From a virus (taxonomy: Duplodnaviria; Caudoviricetes), in IMG/VR virus record IMGVR_UViG_3300025267_000081, positions 1 to 29,452 of that record: a stretch of 29,452 nucleotides of DNA; one strand, given 5' to 3'. Each line of letters begins with the position of its first letter. Within the stretch, counting starts at the first letter, position 1. The notes beneath the pieces are model-generated. The model had not been told where the DNA came from and did no database searches. It saw only the letters and a program-made list of their open reading frames with translations. Positions 16,661 through 25,091 of this stretch are shown in pieces. A program made the position numbers and the translations under genes.

Positions 16661-16949
16661 AAACGAACGAGAGTTCACGGATCGGGTGCGGTACGAGGCG
16701 AATCTCGCCGGCTGGGAGAGGGTGTATCATACCTATAACTCCCAGAGATCGACGCCAGGGTTCCCGGACCTCTGCATGGTCAAGGGCGACCGATTGGTAT
16801 TCGCCGAGTTGAAGATGCCCAAGAAGAAGGCGACTGTGGCGCAACAGGAATGGCTCGAGGCGCTGGGTGCCGTGCCGGGCGTAGAGGCCTATCTCTGGAC
16901 GCCTGATGATATAGACGAGATTCTAACATGCCTAGGAGGCGAGATATGA
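16635..16949 (+). CDS. VRR-NUC family nuclease
   Basis: GFPDL...FAELK...QQEWLEAL. Confidence 0.85.
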   Translation: MNLIRERIRNEREFTDRVRYEANLAGWERVYHTYNSQRSTPGFPDLCMVKGDRLVFAELKMPKKKATVAQQEWLEALGAVPGVEAYLWTPDDIDEILTCLGGEI

Positions 16950-17143
16950 TAGTCGGAGCGATGGTACGAATGACCGGGATATGTGAGCATCGGACCAGTG
17001 GCCTGGGGTCTGCCGATGTGCGGGAATGCTTCCACCAGCCAGGGATGGTCAGTCATAAATTCCGGGACGGTGTTAGCTTTTGGGTTCGCAACCGCCATGG
17101 GTTTGCCAGGCGTATCGCATTCGCCAACCTCAAGGCCGCGTAA
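16946..17143 (+). CDS. hypothetical protein, last gene of the early arm
   Basis: AGGAGG RBS; ATGA overlap. Confidence 0.6.
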   Translation: MIVGAMVRMTGICEHRTSGLGSADVRECFHQPGMVSHKFRDGVSFWVRNRHGFARRIAFANLKAA

Positions 17144-17219
17144 GCACTAAGAACAGCAGCGTCAGCCAGACGCCCAGGCAGATCCCGATACCCGCCCATT
17201 GTGACGCACGGTTAAGCAT
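17130..17219 (-). CDS. 29-aa single-TM peptide
   Basis: MLNRASQWAGIGICLGVWLTLLFLVLTRP; overlaps the stop of the holin-like gene. Confidence 0.4.
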   Translation of the reverse strand: MLNRASQWAGIGICLGVWLTLLFLVLTRP

Positions 17220-17382
17220 CGGACTGGAGTACGTCCTTGCTAAGGGCGATTATCCCGGCAATGCACCCGACTCCAATCTCCGTCTGACCAGCCCTGAGAG
17301 CCAGGATTGAAATCGCAATCAGGCCTAGTAAGGCCAGGAATATCTGGGGGCGAAGCTTCCCCAAAAATCTGTCAAGGTTCAT
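17212..17382 (-). CDS. holin-like two-TM protein (56 aa)
   Basis: MNLDRFLGKLRPQIFLALLGLIAISILALRAGQTEIGVGCIAGIIALSKDVLQSDA; AGGA RBS; below the track cut-off. Confidence 0.6.
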   Translation of the reverse strand: MNLDRFLGKLRPQIFLALLGLIAISILALRAGQTEIGVGCIAGIIALSKDVLQSDA

Positions 17383-17383
17383 A

Positions 17384-17518
17384 TCATCTTCCTATACTGT
17401 TGACGTGTATCCGCTGCCGATGCTCTGACTCCACATCCACTAACGCCCGCCGCTCCATCGGGGAGAGATCCCTCTGCCGGTACGCTACAATCCACCGGCA
17501 GACCGCGCACTCATCCAC
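17384..17518 (-). CDS. 44-aa CxxC...H....H protein
   Basis: GTG after GGAGG; DECAVC...EHRQRIH. Confidence 0.45.
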   Translation of the reverse strand: MDECAVCRWIVAYRQRDLSPMERRALVDVESEHRQRIHVNSIGR

Positions 17519-17642
17519 CACGTCGCCTCCAGAGGAGAATCGCCAGTGAGGCCCCCAGGATGGCCGTAGAGGCGCATAGTGCGACCGCCGGGTGGTTATG
17601 TGCCACCCTCTCCGCTCTGAGGGCTATAGCATCGCTCTTCAC
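17511..17642 (-). CDS. 43-aa membrane peptide
   Basis: GTGA coupling with the upstream gene; VALCASTAILGASLAILLWRRR. Confidence 0.45.
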   Translation of the reverse strand: MKSDAIALRAERVAHNHPAVALCASTAILGASLAILLWRRRGG

Positions 17643-18625
17643 GGTGGGCTTATGCTCACTTCCACGTTATCGACGATACTTGCAATCTTGTAAACAGTCG
17701 AGCTTGCCACTACAAACTCCTTTGTGGCGAAGCCATTTCCGGCCCCCACCTCAAGGTACTCCACGTCAATCGTTCCGGCCTTGATACGCGAGAGCTTGCA
17801 AGCGCCGCCCTTCGTGAGGAGATTGGAAAGCCTCAGAACATCGACCTTCCCGTTGACATTTGAGGTCGGAGCGCCGATGACTATCATGTCATAGGTGCCT
17901 CCGCTCGTTATCATCGAGTCGGCCCGATTCCCTCCTCCGATGGCCCTGGCTCTGGGAGTCCCTGCCACTGGGGAGATGCTCTGCCCGTCAGAGGCGTTGT
18001 AGCGGATATTCAAAGTATGCGCCTCGATATCGGTCATGCTGAAGCTGGTACACCGCCACCGGTCAATGATAAGATGCCCCACCTCAAGCCAGGTCGCTGT
18101 GAATCCTGACGACGCCGCAGTCCCTCCCACCGAGATTACGCTGGTATGACCAGATGGGAGCGTCGAGCCGGTGAAGGCTGTCCCTACTGTCACGTTCTCA
18201 ATAGTTAGCTCGCCCACAGCGGTCGAGCCCAGGTCTACCCTCAGCGTATTATCGCCCTCGCTGTAGAATGTAGGGGTATCGAGCGGCGCACTATACACAC
18301 CCGCGTCACCCCTTGAGAACGACCTATCTGCGAATACCTCTGCGGCAGCATAGCCGCCGCCAACCGTGGAGCCAGCCACGAGCAACCCTATCGCCATCTG
18401 AGGATTCAATCCCATCGCCCGAAGAGCGGTATATGGGAGCTTAATAGCCGTCCAGGCTGCCCTCCATTTGGCCGACTCAGAGTGGACGTATTCCACCTTC
18501 GCCACGACCCAGTCTCGGCGGCGGCCCAGCATCTGGTAGAACGCCAGCGGCGAAGCGCGGAGGGCACGACCCTGAGCGCAGAGCCATCCCCAGGGGCGAT
18601 GAAGGATACGGTGTCGCAGCCTCAA
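17639..18625 (-). CDS. membrane-anchored beta-rich protein of unknown function
   Basis: Basic N-terminus, hydrophobic AIGLLVAGSTVGGGYAAA segment, then a G/S/T-rich beta domain; TTGA coupling. Confidence 0.7.
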   Translation of the reverse strand: MRLRHRILHRPWGWLCAQGRALRASPLAFYQMLGRRRDWVVAKVEYVHSESAKWRAAWTAIKLPYTALRAMGLNPQMAIGLLVAGSTVGGGYAAAEVFADRSFSRGDAGVYSAPLDTPTFYSEGDNTLRVDLGSTAVGELTIENVTVGTAFTGSTLPSGHTSVISVGGTAASSGFTATWLEVGHLIIDRWRCTSFSMTDIEAHTLNIRYNASDGQSISPVAGTPRARAIGGGNRADSMITSGGTYDMIVIGAPTSNVNGKVDVLRLSNLLTKGGACKLSRIKAGTIDVEYLEVGAGNGFATKEFVVASSTVYKIASIVDNVEVSISPP

Positions 18626-18855
18626 GACAGCCGAGCCCCCTTCTTCGTTTTATGGGGTTTGCCGAGGATGCGGAGCTGCTTTCCCAGGTGCGCCCATTCT
18701 CCAACAGAGGCTTTGCCGTCAGGCCACCTCATGCTGGCGATATATCGCAGCACGGCATCACGCTCGGCCTGGGTGTCGAGGTCCGCAAACAGAACCTCGC
18801 CTGCCTCGACATACCCCCGTACCCGGCGCGGCAGGAGCGATATCAATAATCTCAT
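18622..18855 (-). CDS. hypothetical protein
   Basis: GAGGAGGA RBS before ATG 18855. Confidence 0.65.
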   Translation of the reverse strand: MRLLISLLPRRVRGYVEAGEVLFADLDTQAERDAVLRYIASMRWPDGKASVGEWAHLGKQLRILGKPHKTKKGARLS

Positions 18856-18868
18856 AGCGTCCTCCTCA

Positions 18869-19030
18869 TTAGATCCCGGCCAGCAGTATCCCAACGATAG
18901 CCGTAAAGCCCACCAGCAGGATCAGAACCTCTGCCACTTGCAGCTTCAGCAGCACCCGCTGGCGTCGGCGCATGTCCCGGATCAACGGCCCAATCACGAG
19001 GGCCAAGTGGTCGTATACCCGGTCCTCCAT
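18869..19030 (-). CDS. small protein with C-terminal TM helix
   Basis: ...VLILLVGFTAIVGILLAGI. Confidence 0.6.
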   Translation of the reverse strand: MEDRVYDHLALVIGPLIRDMRRRQRVLLKLQVAEVLILLVGFTAIVGILLAGI

Positions 19031-19035
19031 AATTG

Positions 19036-19248
19036 CTACGTGGAGCCGTCCCATGCAGTACATGTCGAGCAATCACTCGCATGCTGGAGCGCCGCTGGAA
19101 CCGTCGTGACCGTGGCCAATAGTGAATTCTTGGCCGCTGAGGTCATGTCGCCGTTGTAGATCTGGTAGCGCCTTACGTTGTTGATGGCCGTATTGACTGC
19201 CGCCCTAACTGCCTCCAGATGTGTAATCGTTGCCTCGTTAGTTGCCAT
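19036..19248 (-). CDS. small protein after the tail fibre (possible fibre chaperone)
   Basis: AGGAG RBS; position directly after the fibre gene. Confidence 0.6.
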   Translation of the reverse strand: MATNEATITHLEAVRAAVNTAINNVRRYQIYNGDMTSAAKNSLLATVTTVPAALQHASDCSTCTAWDGST

Positions 19249-19264
19249 ACCTATTCTCCTATGC

Positions 19265-21934
19265 TTACGCTACCGCTATGACCGGCGCGACCTGAAATCC
19301 GTAGTAAATCAAATCCACTTCGGCAATAACTTCAGCCGTCCCAATCGATCCGCCAGCGCCGGGGTTTGTGAGGTCTACCGTGAACGATACCGTCTGAACG
19401 TATTCGCTCGTGTCCGCGGTAGTCATAGTGATTGTGCCAATATCCCTCCTCCCTGTGTTTCCAGCATATGCGACGCCCGATGCCGACTCGGCGATCTCGG
19501 CCACCGCCGAGGAGTTCCCCTGCGCTCCGTCTGTACTCATAGCGCGGGCGAAGTGGGCCTGGAACGACCTCGCAGCTTGGAAGTCGGACGCTGTCGCGTT
19601 GAGTGAATGTCCGACCAAGGCACGGACATGACAGGCATAGCCACCGCCGTCAATATTCCCCAACCCGTCTGTCGTTGTGATAGTAAAGACGGCTGTGGCG
19701 CTATTGTCAGCGATACTCGTCTTCGTCACGACCTGGGAGATATGGTACGTGCCACGGGTGATGTACGAGCCTGTGCTACCAGTGGTCTTGAGGAGCAAAC
19801 CATCGTCCCCGTCAATGGTCAAGATGCCGGCGGAAGTCTTGACGCTGGAGGCGGCGGCAAACGTTAGACTCGATGACGTCCAGTCATTACCAGACGCTCC
19901 GACATTGGTGATGCTGCCCCCTGAGCCCCCTATATCTATTACTGCCGCCCCTGAACCATCATGGGTGATCGTGAAGTCACTATCCACACCCATTCCAAAC
20001 ACCGCACTATCAGACAGTAGTTTGAGATCATCCCCGATGATGGCATCCCCCGCTACTGATAGGCCCCCGCCTGTCTGGAGAGAGCCATCAGTGGTGCTTG
20101 TCGCTGCTGTTGAGTCCTCAGTCTTGAGAATCCCCGTCGCGGTAACCGCACCGCTTAGGTTTATTATGTTCCCACTGATTGTTAGATCAGTACCATCACC
20201 CTCGATCTTCTCTCCATCATCACCAAAGGTGAGCCCAACATCGACAGGGATATTGATGTCATCAGTTGCCTCTAGCTCTATGTCGGCAGCAGAATCTAAG
20301 GTGACAGTAGTGCCTGCCAATTCAGCCGTGCCATCCGCTGTTATCTGAATATTAGCTGCTGCTGCATCGTCATCAGTGGTCACGATGCTCAATGCCCCGT
20401 GTTGGGCCATCGTGATGACAGCCGTGTCACCAGTATCCTGGTCGTCATGTATCGTCAGGGTTGTGTCGTCTACATTGAAGTCAAAGATGGTAGATGTACC
20501 GTCATCCATAGTGACGTTGCCGCCGTCAGCGGAGAGGACTATATCCAGCCCTGCATCCAGCGTTATCCCACCTACATCTGATACGGCTGATATAGAGCCA
20601 GTGCCGGTGCCTTGATCAGCGTGTATCTTAATGGTCTCGCTAGTGCCTGCATTAGCCCTCAAGTAGATAGCTGAAGCGGCATCATCAGAGGAGGTTAGGT
20701 TAACAGTACCCCCGGCAATATCTACGTCCTTGCCTGTAGCGGCATCTATGTCTACGCCACCAGCGTCTGATAGAAGCTGGATGGAACTCTCTGAGGTGCC
20801 TTGGTCTGCATGAACTTTAATAGTCTCACTCGTACCAGCATTGGCCCTAACATAGATAGCCGAAGCCGCATCGTCAGAAGAAGTTAGGTTAACGGTGCCG
20901 CCAGCTATGTCCACATCCTTCCCTGTGGCAGCGTTGATATCGACACCGCCGGCATCTGAGAGAAGTTGTATAGAGCTTTCACTTGTACCTCGGTCGGCAT
21001 GAATCTTGATTGTCTCCGATGTTCCTCCATCAGCAGTTAGCAGGATTGCACTAGCAAGGTTCGCAGTTGACTTAATCCCAATGCCTCCATCATCTGATAG
21101 AAGCTGTATTGATGCAGCCCCTTCAGTAACAGAGGTTCCTTGGTCATTAAAGAGGGTCATGCTAGAGGTGCTACCGCCGTCCACCGTGATGTTTACGGCG
21201 TTGGCCAGGTTGGCGGTACTGCGTACCCCCACGCCACCCGCATCAGAGAGGATAGTTACTGACTCTGCGCCCTCAGCAACGCTGGTTCCTTGGTCGGCAT
21301 GAATTTTGACCGTCCCGCTTGTGCCTGCATTCTCTCGTAGATAAATAGCAGCAGCAGCATCGTTGGTGGATACTAGGTCTATGTCCCCGGAGGATGCGAT
21401 GTCATAGTCTGTGACATCGTAATCAGCGGTGCCATTTACATCTAACGTCGTAGTAACAGCCAGGATTCCCCCCACAGTTACTGTAGACGCCGCCGCATTG
21501 GCCCCGTTGGTGATCGTCAGGTAGTCAATGATCGTGCCCGCACTGGCCTTGTCGGAGCCTATTGCCAGCGTGTCGGAGGCAGATGCCTGTATTCTCCAGC
21601 CATCACCCGCATCGTCGGCCTGGTCGGCAAAGAAATAGAGCGGGGCGGCTGCTCCCTCCACGCCCCGTATCTTCACTGAGGCTGCATCCAGGCCCGTGAC
21701 CGTGATCTCGTCGGACCAGAGGATGTACCTTACGCTAGAGCCCACTGAAATCTTCACATCATATGTGGCATCTAGAGAGGTTTCCGTGAACGACCATTCC
21801 CCGCTAGAGTTTGTAGTAGTGCTGGCTTCCTCCGTCGATGTGCCTGTTTCCAGCAGGGCTACAGTAGCCCCGTTAACGGCGGTGCCCGCATCGGTGAAGA
21901 CCTTACCGGATAGCTTGATGTCAGTTATAGCCAT
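19265..21934 (-). CDS. tail fibre / receptor-binding protein with internal repeats
   Basis: 889 aa, G/A/S/T/D-rich beta repeats (two 50-aa and two-plus 63-aa units); N-terminal transthyretin-like segment. Confidence 0.8.
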   Translation of the reverse strand: MAITDIKLSGKVFTDAGTAVNGATVALLETGTSTEEASTTTNSSGEWSFTETSLDATYDVKISVGSSVRYILWSDEITVTGLDAASVKIRGVEGAAAPLYFFADQADDAGDGWRIQASASDTLAIGSDKASAGTIIDYLTITNGANAAASTVTVGGILAVTTTLDVNGTADYDVTDYDIASSGDIDLVSTNDAAAAIYLRENAGTSGTVKIHADQGTSVAEGAESVTILSDAGGVGVRSTANLANAVNITVDGGSTSSMTLFNDQGTSVTEGAASIQLLSDDGGIGIKSTANLASAILLTADGGTSETIKIHADRGTSESSIQLLSDAGGVDINAATGKDVDIAGGTVNLTSSDDAASAIYVRANAGTSETIKVHADQGTSESSIQLLSDAGGVDIDAATGKDVDIAGGTVNLTSSDDAASAIYLRANAGTSETIKIHADQGTGTGSISAVSDVGGITLDAGLDIVLSADGGNVTMDDGTSTIFDFNVDDTTLTIHDDQDTGDTAVITMAQHGALSIVTTDDDAAAANIQITADGTAELAGTTVTLDSAADIELEATDDINIPVDVGLTFGDDGEKIEGDGTDLTISGNIINLSGAVTATGILKTEDSTAATSTTDGSLQTGGGLSVAGDAIIGDDLKLLSDSAVFGMGVDSDFTITHDGSGAAVIDIGGSGGSITNVGASGNDWTSSSLTFAAASSVKTSAGILTIDGDDGLLLKTTGSTGSYITRGTYHISQVVTKTSIADNSATAVFTITTTDGLGNIDGGGYACHVRALVGHSLNATASDFQAARSFQAHFARAMSTDGAQGNSSAVAEIAESASGVAYAGNTGRRDIGTITMTTADTSEYVQTVSFTVDLTNPGAGGSIGTAEVIAEVDLIYYGFQVAPVIAVA

Positions 21935-21937
21935 GGC

Positions 21938-22321
21938 CTACTCCCAGCTATGGTCCCGATATTGAAGAGCCTCTCGTATGAGCCAGTCGGGATCTTGTAT
22001 TAGCTTGTCATGCTCCAACATTATAAGCGTTATGCCTCGTCCGGCAAGTTGGGCCTTTGCCAGCATGTCCGTTCCCCGAGTCTCGATCCCGCTATGATGG
22101 CTATAAAACGACTCTTGGACCTGCATCGCCAAGTCGGGCGGGTTCGCAAACGTAAAATCAGCCGCGCTGCCTTCCATGCGAGGTGCATAGCTGAAATCCC
22201 TCCTGGGCTCTTTGCCCGCTCGTATCAACGCCTCAAAAGCCCTGTACGCTGCCTCGCTGCCCTGCCAGCCCTCTGGAACCTTAGTCGCGCTAGAAGTATA
22301 AACCTGGTATCCGTTATTCAA
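21938..22321 (-). CDS. DUF559/Vsr-like endonuclease-fold protein (degenerate)
   Basis: ADF...LAMQVQESFYSH...D...L.GRGITLIML pattern; TTG start. Confidence 0.5.
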   Translation of the reverse strand: MNNGYQVYTSSATKVPEGWQGSEAAYRAFEALIRAGKEPRRDFSYAPRMEGSAADFTFANPPDLAMQVQESFYSHHSGIETRGTDMLAKAQLAGRGITLIMLEHDKLIQDPDWLIREALQYRDHSWE

Positions 22322-22323
22322 AG

Positions 22324-22788
22324 CTATCCCTTTCCAGTCCGTCCTCGGGCCGTGCCTTCTGACTTTCGTCCCGAGTGCTCACGGCGTTTCAGGTTGTGGT
22401 CGCGCTTCCCGCTGGACTGCTCGAACAGCTCCTGGCCGACGGGCACCGCCTCGTCGATGGTCTGCTCGAACTCCTCCCCTGATTCGTATTTGCGAAGAAA
22501 CTCTTCGCTCACGAAGAACATTCATATACAGAAGCCGTCACGCTCGATGTCCTCGTGATGCCTCTCGCAGGGACAGATCTTTTTGCGATCCTCCACGGGA
22601 TCGCCGCTGAGAGGCATTCAAGGGCAGTACCGGTAGCCATGGGCCTTTTCGTTCTCGCCCAACCCCTGTTGGACGAGCTTAACCACCTCTGCATCGGGAA
22701 AAAACTCGTAGGGTCCTCGCGCGACGTATCTCTCAGAGAACTTTATGGCGCGCTCCAGCGCCTCCTCCTCGGTCAGCTCTCGGGGCAT
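22324..22788 (-). CDS. ftrC: ferredoxin-thioredoxin reductase catalytic subunit-like selenoprotein with two in-frame UGA (Sec57, Sec89)
   Basis: A single frame reads MPRELTEEEALERAIKFSERYVARGPYEFFPDAEVVKLVQQGLGENEKAHGYRYCP*MPLSGDPVEDRKKICPCERHHEDIERDGFCI*MFFVSEE..., matching FTR CPC...CPC...CHCMLF. The UGA codons are at 22618-22620 and 22522-22524. Confidence 0.9.
22492..22508 (-). promoter_or_regulatory. SECIS-like hairpin 2
   Basis: GCGAAGA-GUU-UCUUCGC beginning at +14 after the second UGA. Confidence 0.75.
22585..22604 (-). promoter_or_regulatory. SECIS-like hairpin 1
   Basis: GCGAUCC-CGUGGA-GGAUCGC beginning at +14 after the first UGA. Confidence 0.75.
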
Positions 22789-22872
22789 AAGACAACTCTT
22801 GTCATTGTCTCTTTCATCGCCGCAGCGCCGGCCCCAGCCTCATCCTCTCGTGCGACTCGCAAGAAGGGTCAT

Positions 22873-23166
22873 TTACCCCTCCAACACCACAGCCCAGCAC
22901 ACTTTGTCCCCGTTAGTGGCCACATCCACATAGATAGACGAGAACTCGATCGAGCCCCCCAGTTCCCTGAAGCTGACTTCGATCTCGTTGCCCGCCGACA
23001 ACTCGTAGCCATTGGTCGCCGTAACGTCGGACACCCCGAGGTAGGCAATGCCCGAGTTCGCCGCAAGCGCCTTGGCCTTGATCCACAGCACCCTGTTGGC
23101 AGTGTTCGATATCCGCTGCTCAGTACCAGCCGTAGAGACGGTTGTAGTGCCTACATCAAGGATCAT
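22873..23166 (-). CDS. small beta-rich virion protein
   Basis: A...NSG..YLG...V....G.EL.AG pattern; ATGA coupling within the tail module. Confidence 0.7.
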   Translation of the reverse strand: MILDVGTTTVSTAGTEQRISNTANRVLWIKAKALAANSGIAYLGVSDVTATNGYELSAGNEIEVSFRELGGSIEFSSIYVDVATNGDKVCWAVVLEG

Positions 23167-25091
23167 GGTTCCACCAAGCTGACCGTAGACTGCCCCCGCT
23201 CGTCGTAGCCCGAAAACTCCAACCCGGTAGCAGAGGTAACGTCCACGTAGAAGTTGCGGTCGCCTCCCGAGTCGTCCCGGAAGGTGAACTCCACCAGCGT
23301 GGTTGACTCGATCGCGGAGAGGAGCGCGGCCCGCAAGTCCTTCGGGCTCTTGCCCTTGTAGTCGTCCTTGCTAAGATCTATCTGAATCTGATGGCCCCAC
23401 TTAGCCGGCAGCTTCTTTCGCCACTCGAGGGTCAGGCTAACCATGTCTGGGGTCAGCTTCTTGTAGTTAGCCGTCGATGTGTTCGTTGTCCGAGCCAGCG
23501 CAACCTTGAACTTGATGGCCCGGAACGTGGTGCCCGCCTTGGAGCCAAACGTGTAGGTGGTGATGCCATCTGAGGTAATAGCCGACCCCGCCGACGTATA
23601 GCTCTCACTGTAATCTGTGGCATACGAGACGGTCACCGTCTCGGTGCTGCTGGCGTCCTGCACCTCGGTCCGCAGCTTGAGTGCCAGCTTATCGACCTCG
23701 CTCTGGCCCGCGTTGAACCAGGGCGTCTCATGTGTTCCGCTGACCCGAAACTCAAAGTCCGACACAAAGGAGGGGTTGATGATGTCCGACGGGATCTTCA
23801 TAAACTTGATCTCGCCGTCGAACCCCCACCAGAGACGGTACTCACTGTAGGCGTCACTGACCAGCATATGCTGAATGCTCTTGCCTACGGTGGTGGCTGC
23901 CCACTTAGTTTCCCAGCCTAGCTCGTTATACCCCAGGATAGATGAGTAGCCTGTGTCCGCATCAATTACCGTAGACCCCTGGTGGCTCTGCCACTGATAC
24001 GGCAAGGAGCTAGAGGATACTATCTTTGCAGCCGTGGAGGAGTCCACGCCAGCGAACAGCTCGTTGTGAGAGCCGCTCATGTACTTGATGGTGCCTCGGT
24101 TGTCGGCTGGGAGCCCGTCATCGCGGTCAGGCCCTGCGATGGTCAGGACGGCCCCGCCAGCCTGGTTGATATACCTGTACAGCCCCAGCCCCGCAGGCAT
24201 GTAGATACTGTCGCGCCATCTGATCGTGCCCCGACCAGCAAAGGGATGATTGGGCAGGGTCAGCTCCGTCTGCACAAACTGAGAGTTTGCGGCATCGTGG
24301 GCAAACAACCCCTTCTTGGTGGCCGCATAGATAATCGGCTCACCGCCAGCGTCTCGGGCCACAAATAGAGCAGTAACAGAGCCAGGAGGCAGGGGCAGCT
24401 TGGCGTCGGTCACCTCGGTGCCAGCTACGATTGAGTACCATAGCTGCCCTGCATAGCTTATGCCCCAGAGACGGTCGTCCCAGACCGCCACATACTGTGT
24501 GTCAAAGGCGTCCTCCGTCCACGTAGAGCCATCAAACCGGGTGTAGCCCGATCCGTTGGTATCGTAGTGGGCGAAGATCAGGAATGTCTCTGAGGCCAAG
24601 GTGCGCCACGTTACGGTATCCGTAACCTGGTCGCTAGGCGTAGCTAGAGCCGAGCCCCAGGCGTCGGACGTATTGTTGTACAGGTATACCTTGGCGTCTT
24701 GGGATATAGAGCCGTTCCAGGCCACATACACAGCATTCGCGTACTCTGCGATAGCGCCTATCGTAGGGCCTGTTAGGCTGGTGGCGGTGCCATTGGCCGC
24801 AGCGTCGTTGTCCAGCCCAGGCAGGATCAGGTGGTTCTTATAGCGTAGCTGGAGGGTACTCCACCACGCACGGTTAACGTCTCCGCCGTGTTCCATGCGG
24901 TTGACGCCTATCCCTCCACGCCAGTCCGACCACGCAATAACGGAGGTGCGGGCCTGGCTGTCCTTGGTGGTGTCGCCTATGACGACCTTGGAGGGGTATA
25001 AGGAAGCGAGTACGCTCTGGACAGGCCTGGCGATAGGGTAGAATACCCCGTTCAGGCTAATCTCGTTAGGGCTCTCTACCTTGGCGGCCAC
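23163..25091 (-). CDS. tail nozzle / stabilisation protein (P22 gp10 or T7 gp12-like)
   Basis: 642 aa, beta-propeller-like W/G/D repeats; follows the adaptor gene. Confidence 0.65.
   Translation of the reverse strand: MAAKVESPNEISLNGVFYPIARPVQSVLASLYPSKVVIGDTTKDSQARTSVIAWSDWRGGIGVNRMEHGGDVNRAWWSTLQLRYKNHLILPGLDNDAAANGTATSLTGPTIGAIAEYANAVYVAWNGSISQDAKVYLYNNTSDAWGSALATPSDQVTDTVTWRTLASETFLIFAHYDTNGSGYTRFDGSTWTEDAFDTQYVAVWDDRLWGISYAGQLWYSIVAGTEVTDAKLPLPPGSVTALFVARDAGGEPIIYAATKKGLFAHDAANSQFVQTELTLPNHPFAGRGTIRWRDSIYMPAGLGLYRYINQAGGAVLTIAGPDRDDGLPADNRGTIKYMSGSHNELFAGVDSSTAAKIVSSSSLPYQWQSHQGSTVIDADTGYSSILGYNELGWETKWAATTVGKSIQHMLVSDAYSEYRLWWGFDGEIKFMKIPSDIINPSFVSDFEFRVSGTHETPWFNAGQSEVDKLALKLRTEVQDASSTETVTVSYATDYSESYTSAGSAITSDGITTYTFGSKAGTTFRAIKFKVALARTTNTSTANYKKLTPDMVSLTLEWRKKLPAKWGHQIQIDLSKDDYKGKSPKDLRAALLSAIESTTLVEFTFRDDSGGDRNFYVDVTSATGLEFSGYDERGQSTVSLVEP

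Noticed and set aside
22324-22694. Track ORFs 22324-22521 and 22509-22694 as separate genes
   Set aside because: The first is the C-terminal part of the selenoprotein frame; the second is an off-frame shadow.
22324-22788. Pseudogene, or genome-wide UGA reassignment
   Set aside because: The UGA codons fall only on the two redox Cys positions and each has a hairpin. Many other genes end in TGA with ATGA/GTGA coupling, so UGA is normally a stop here.
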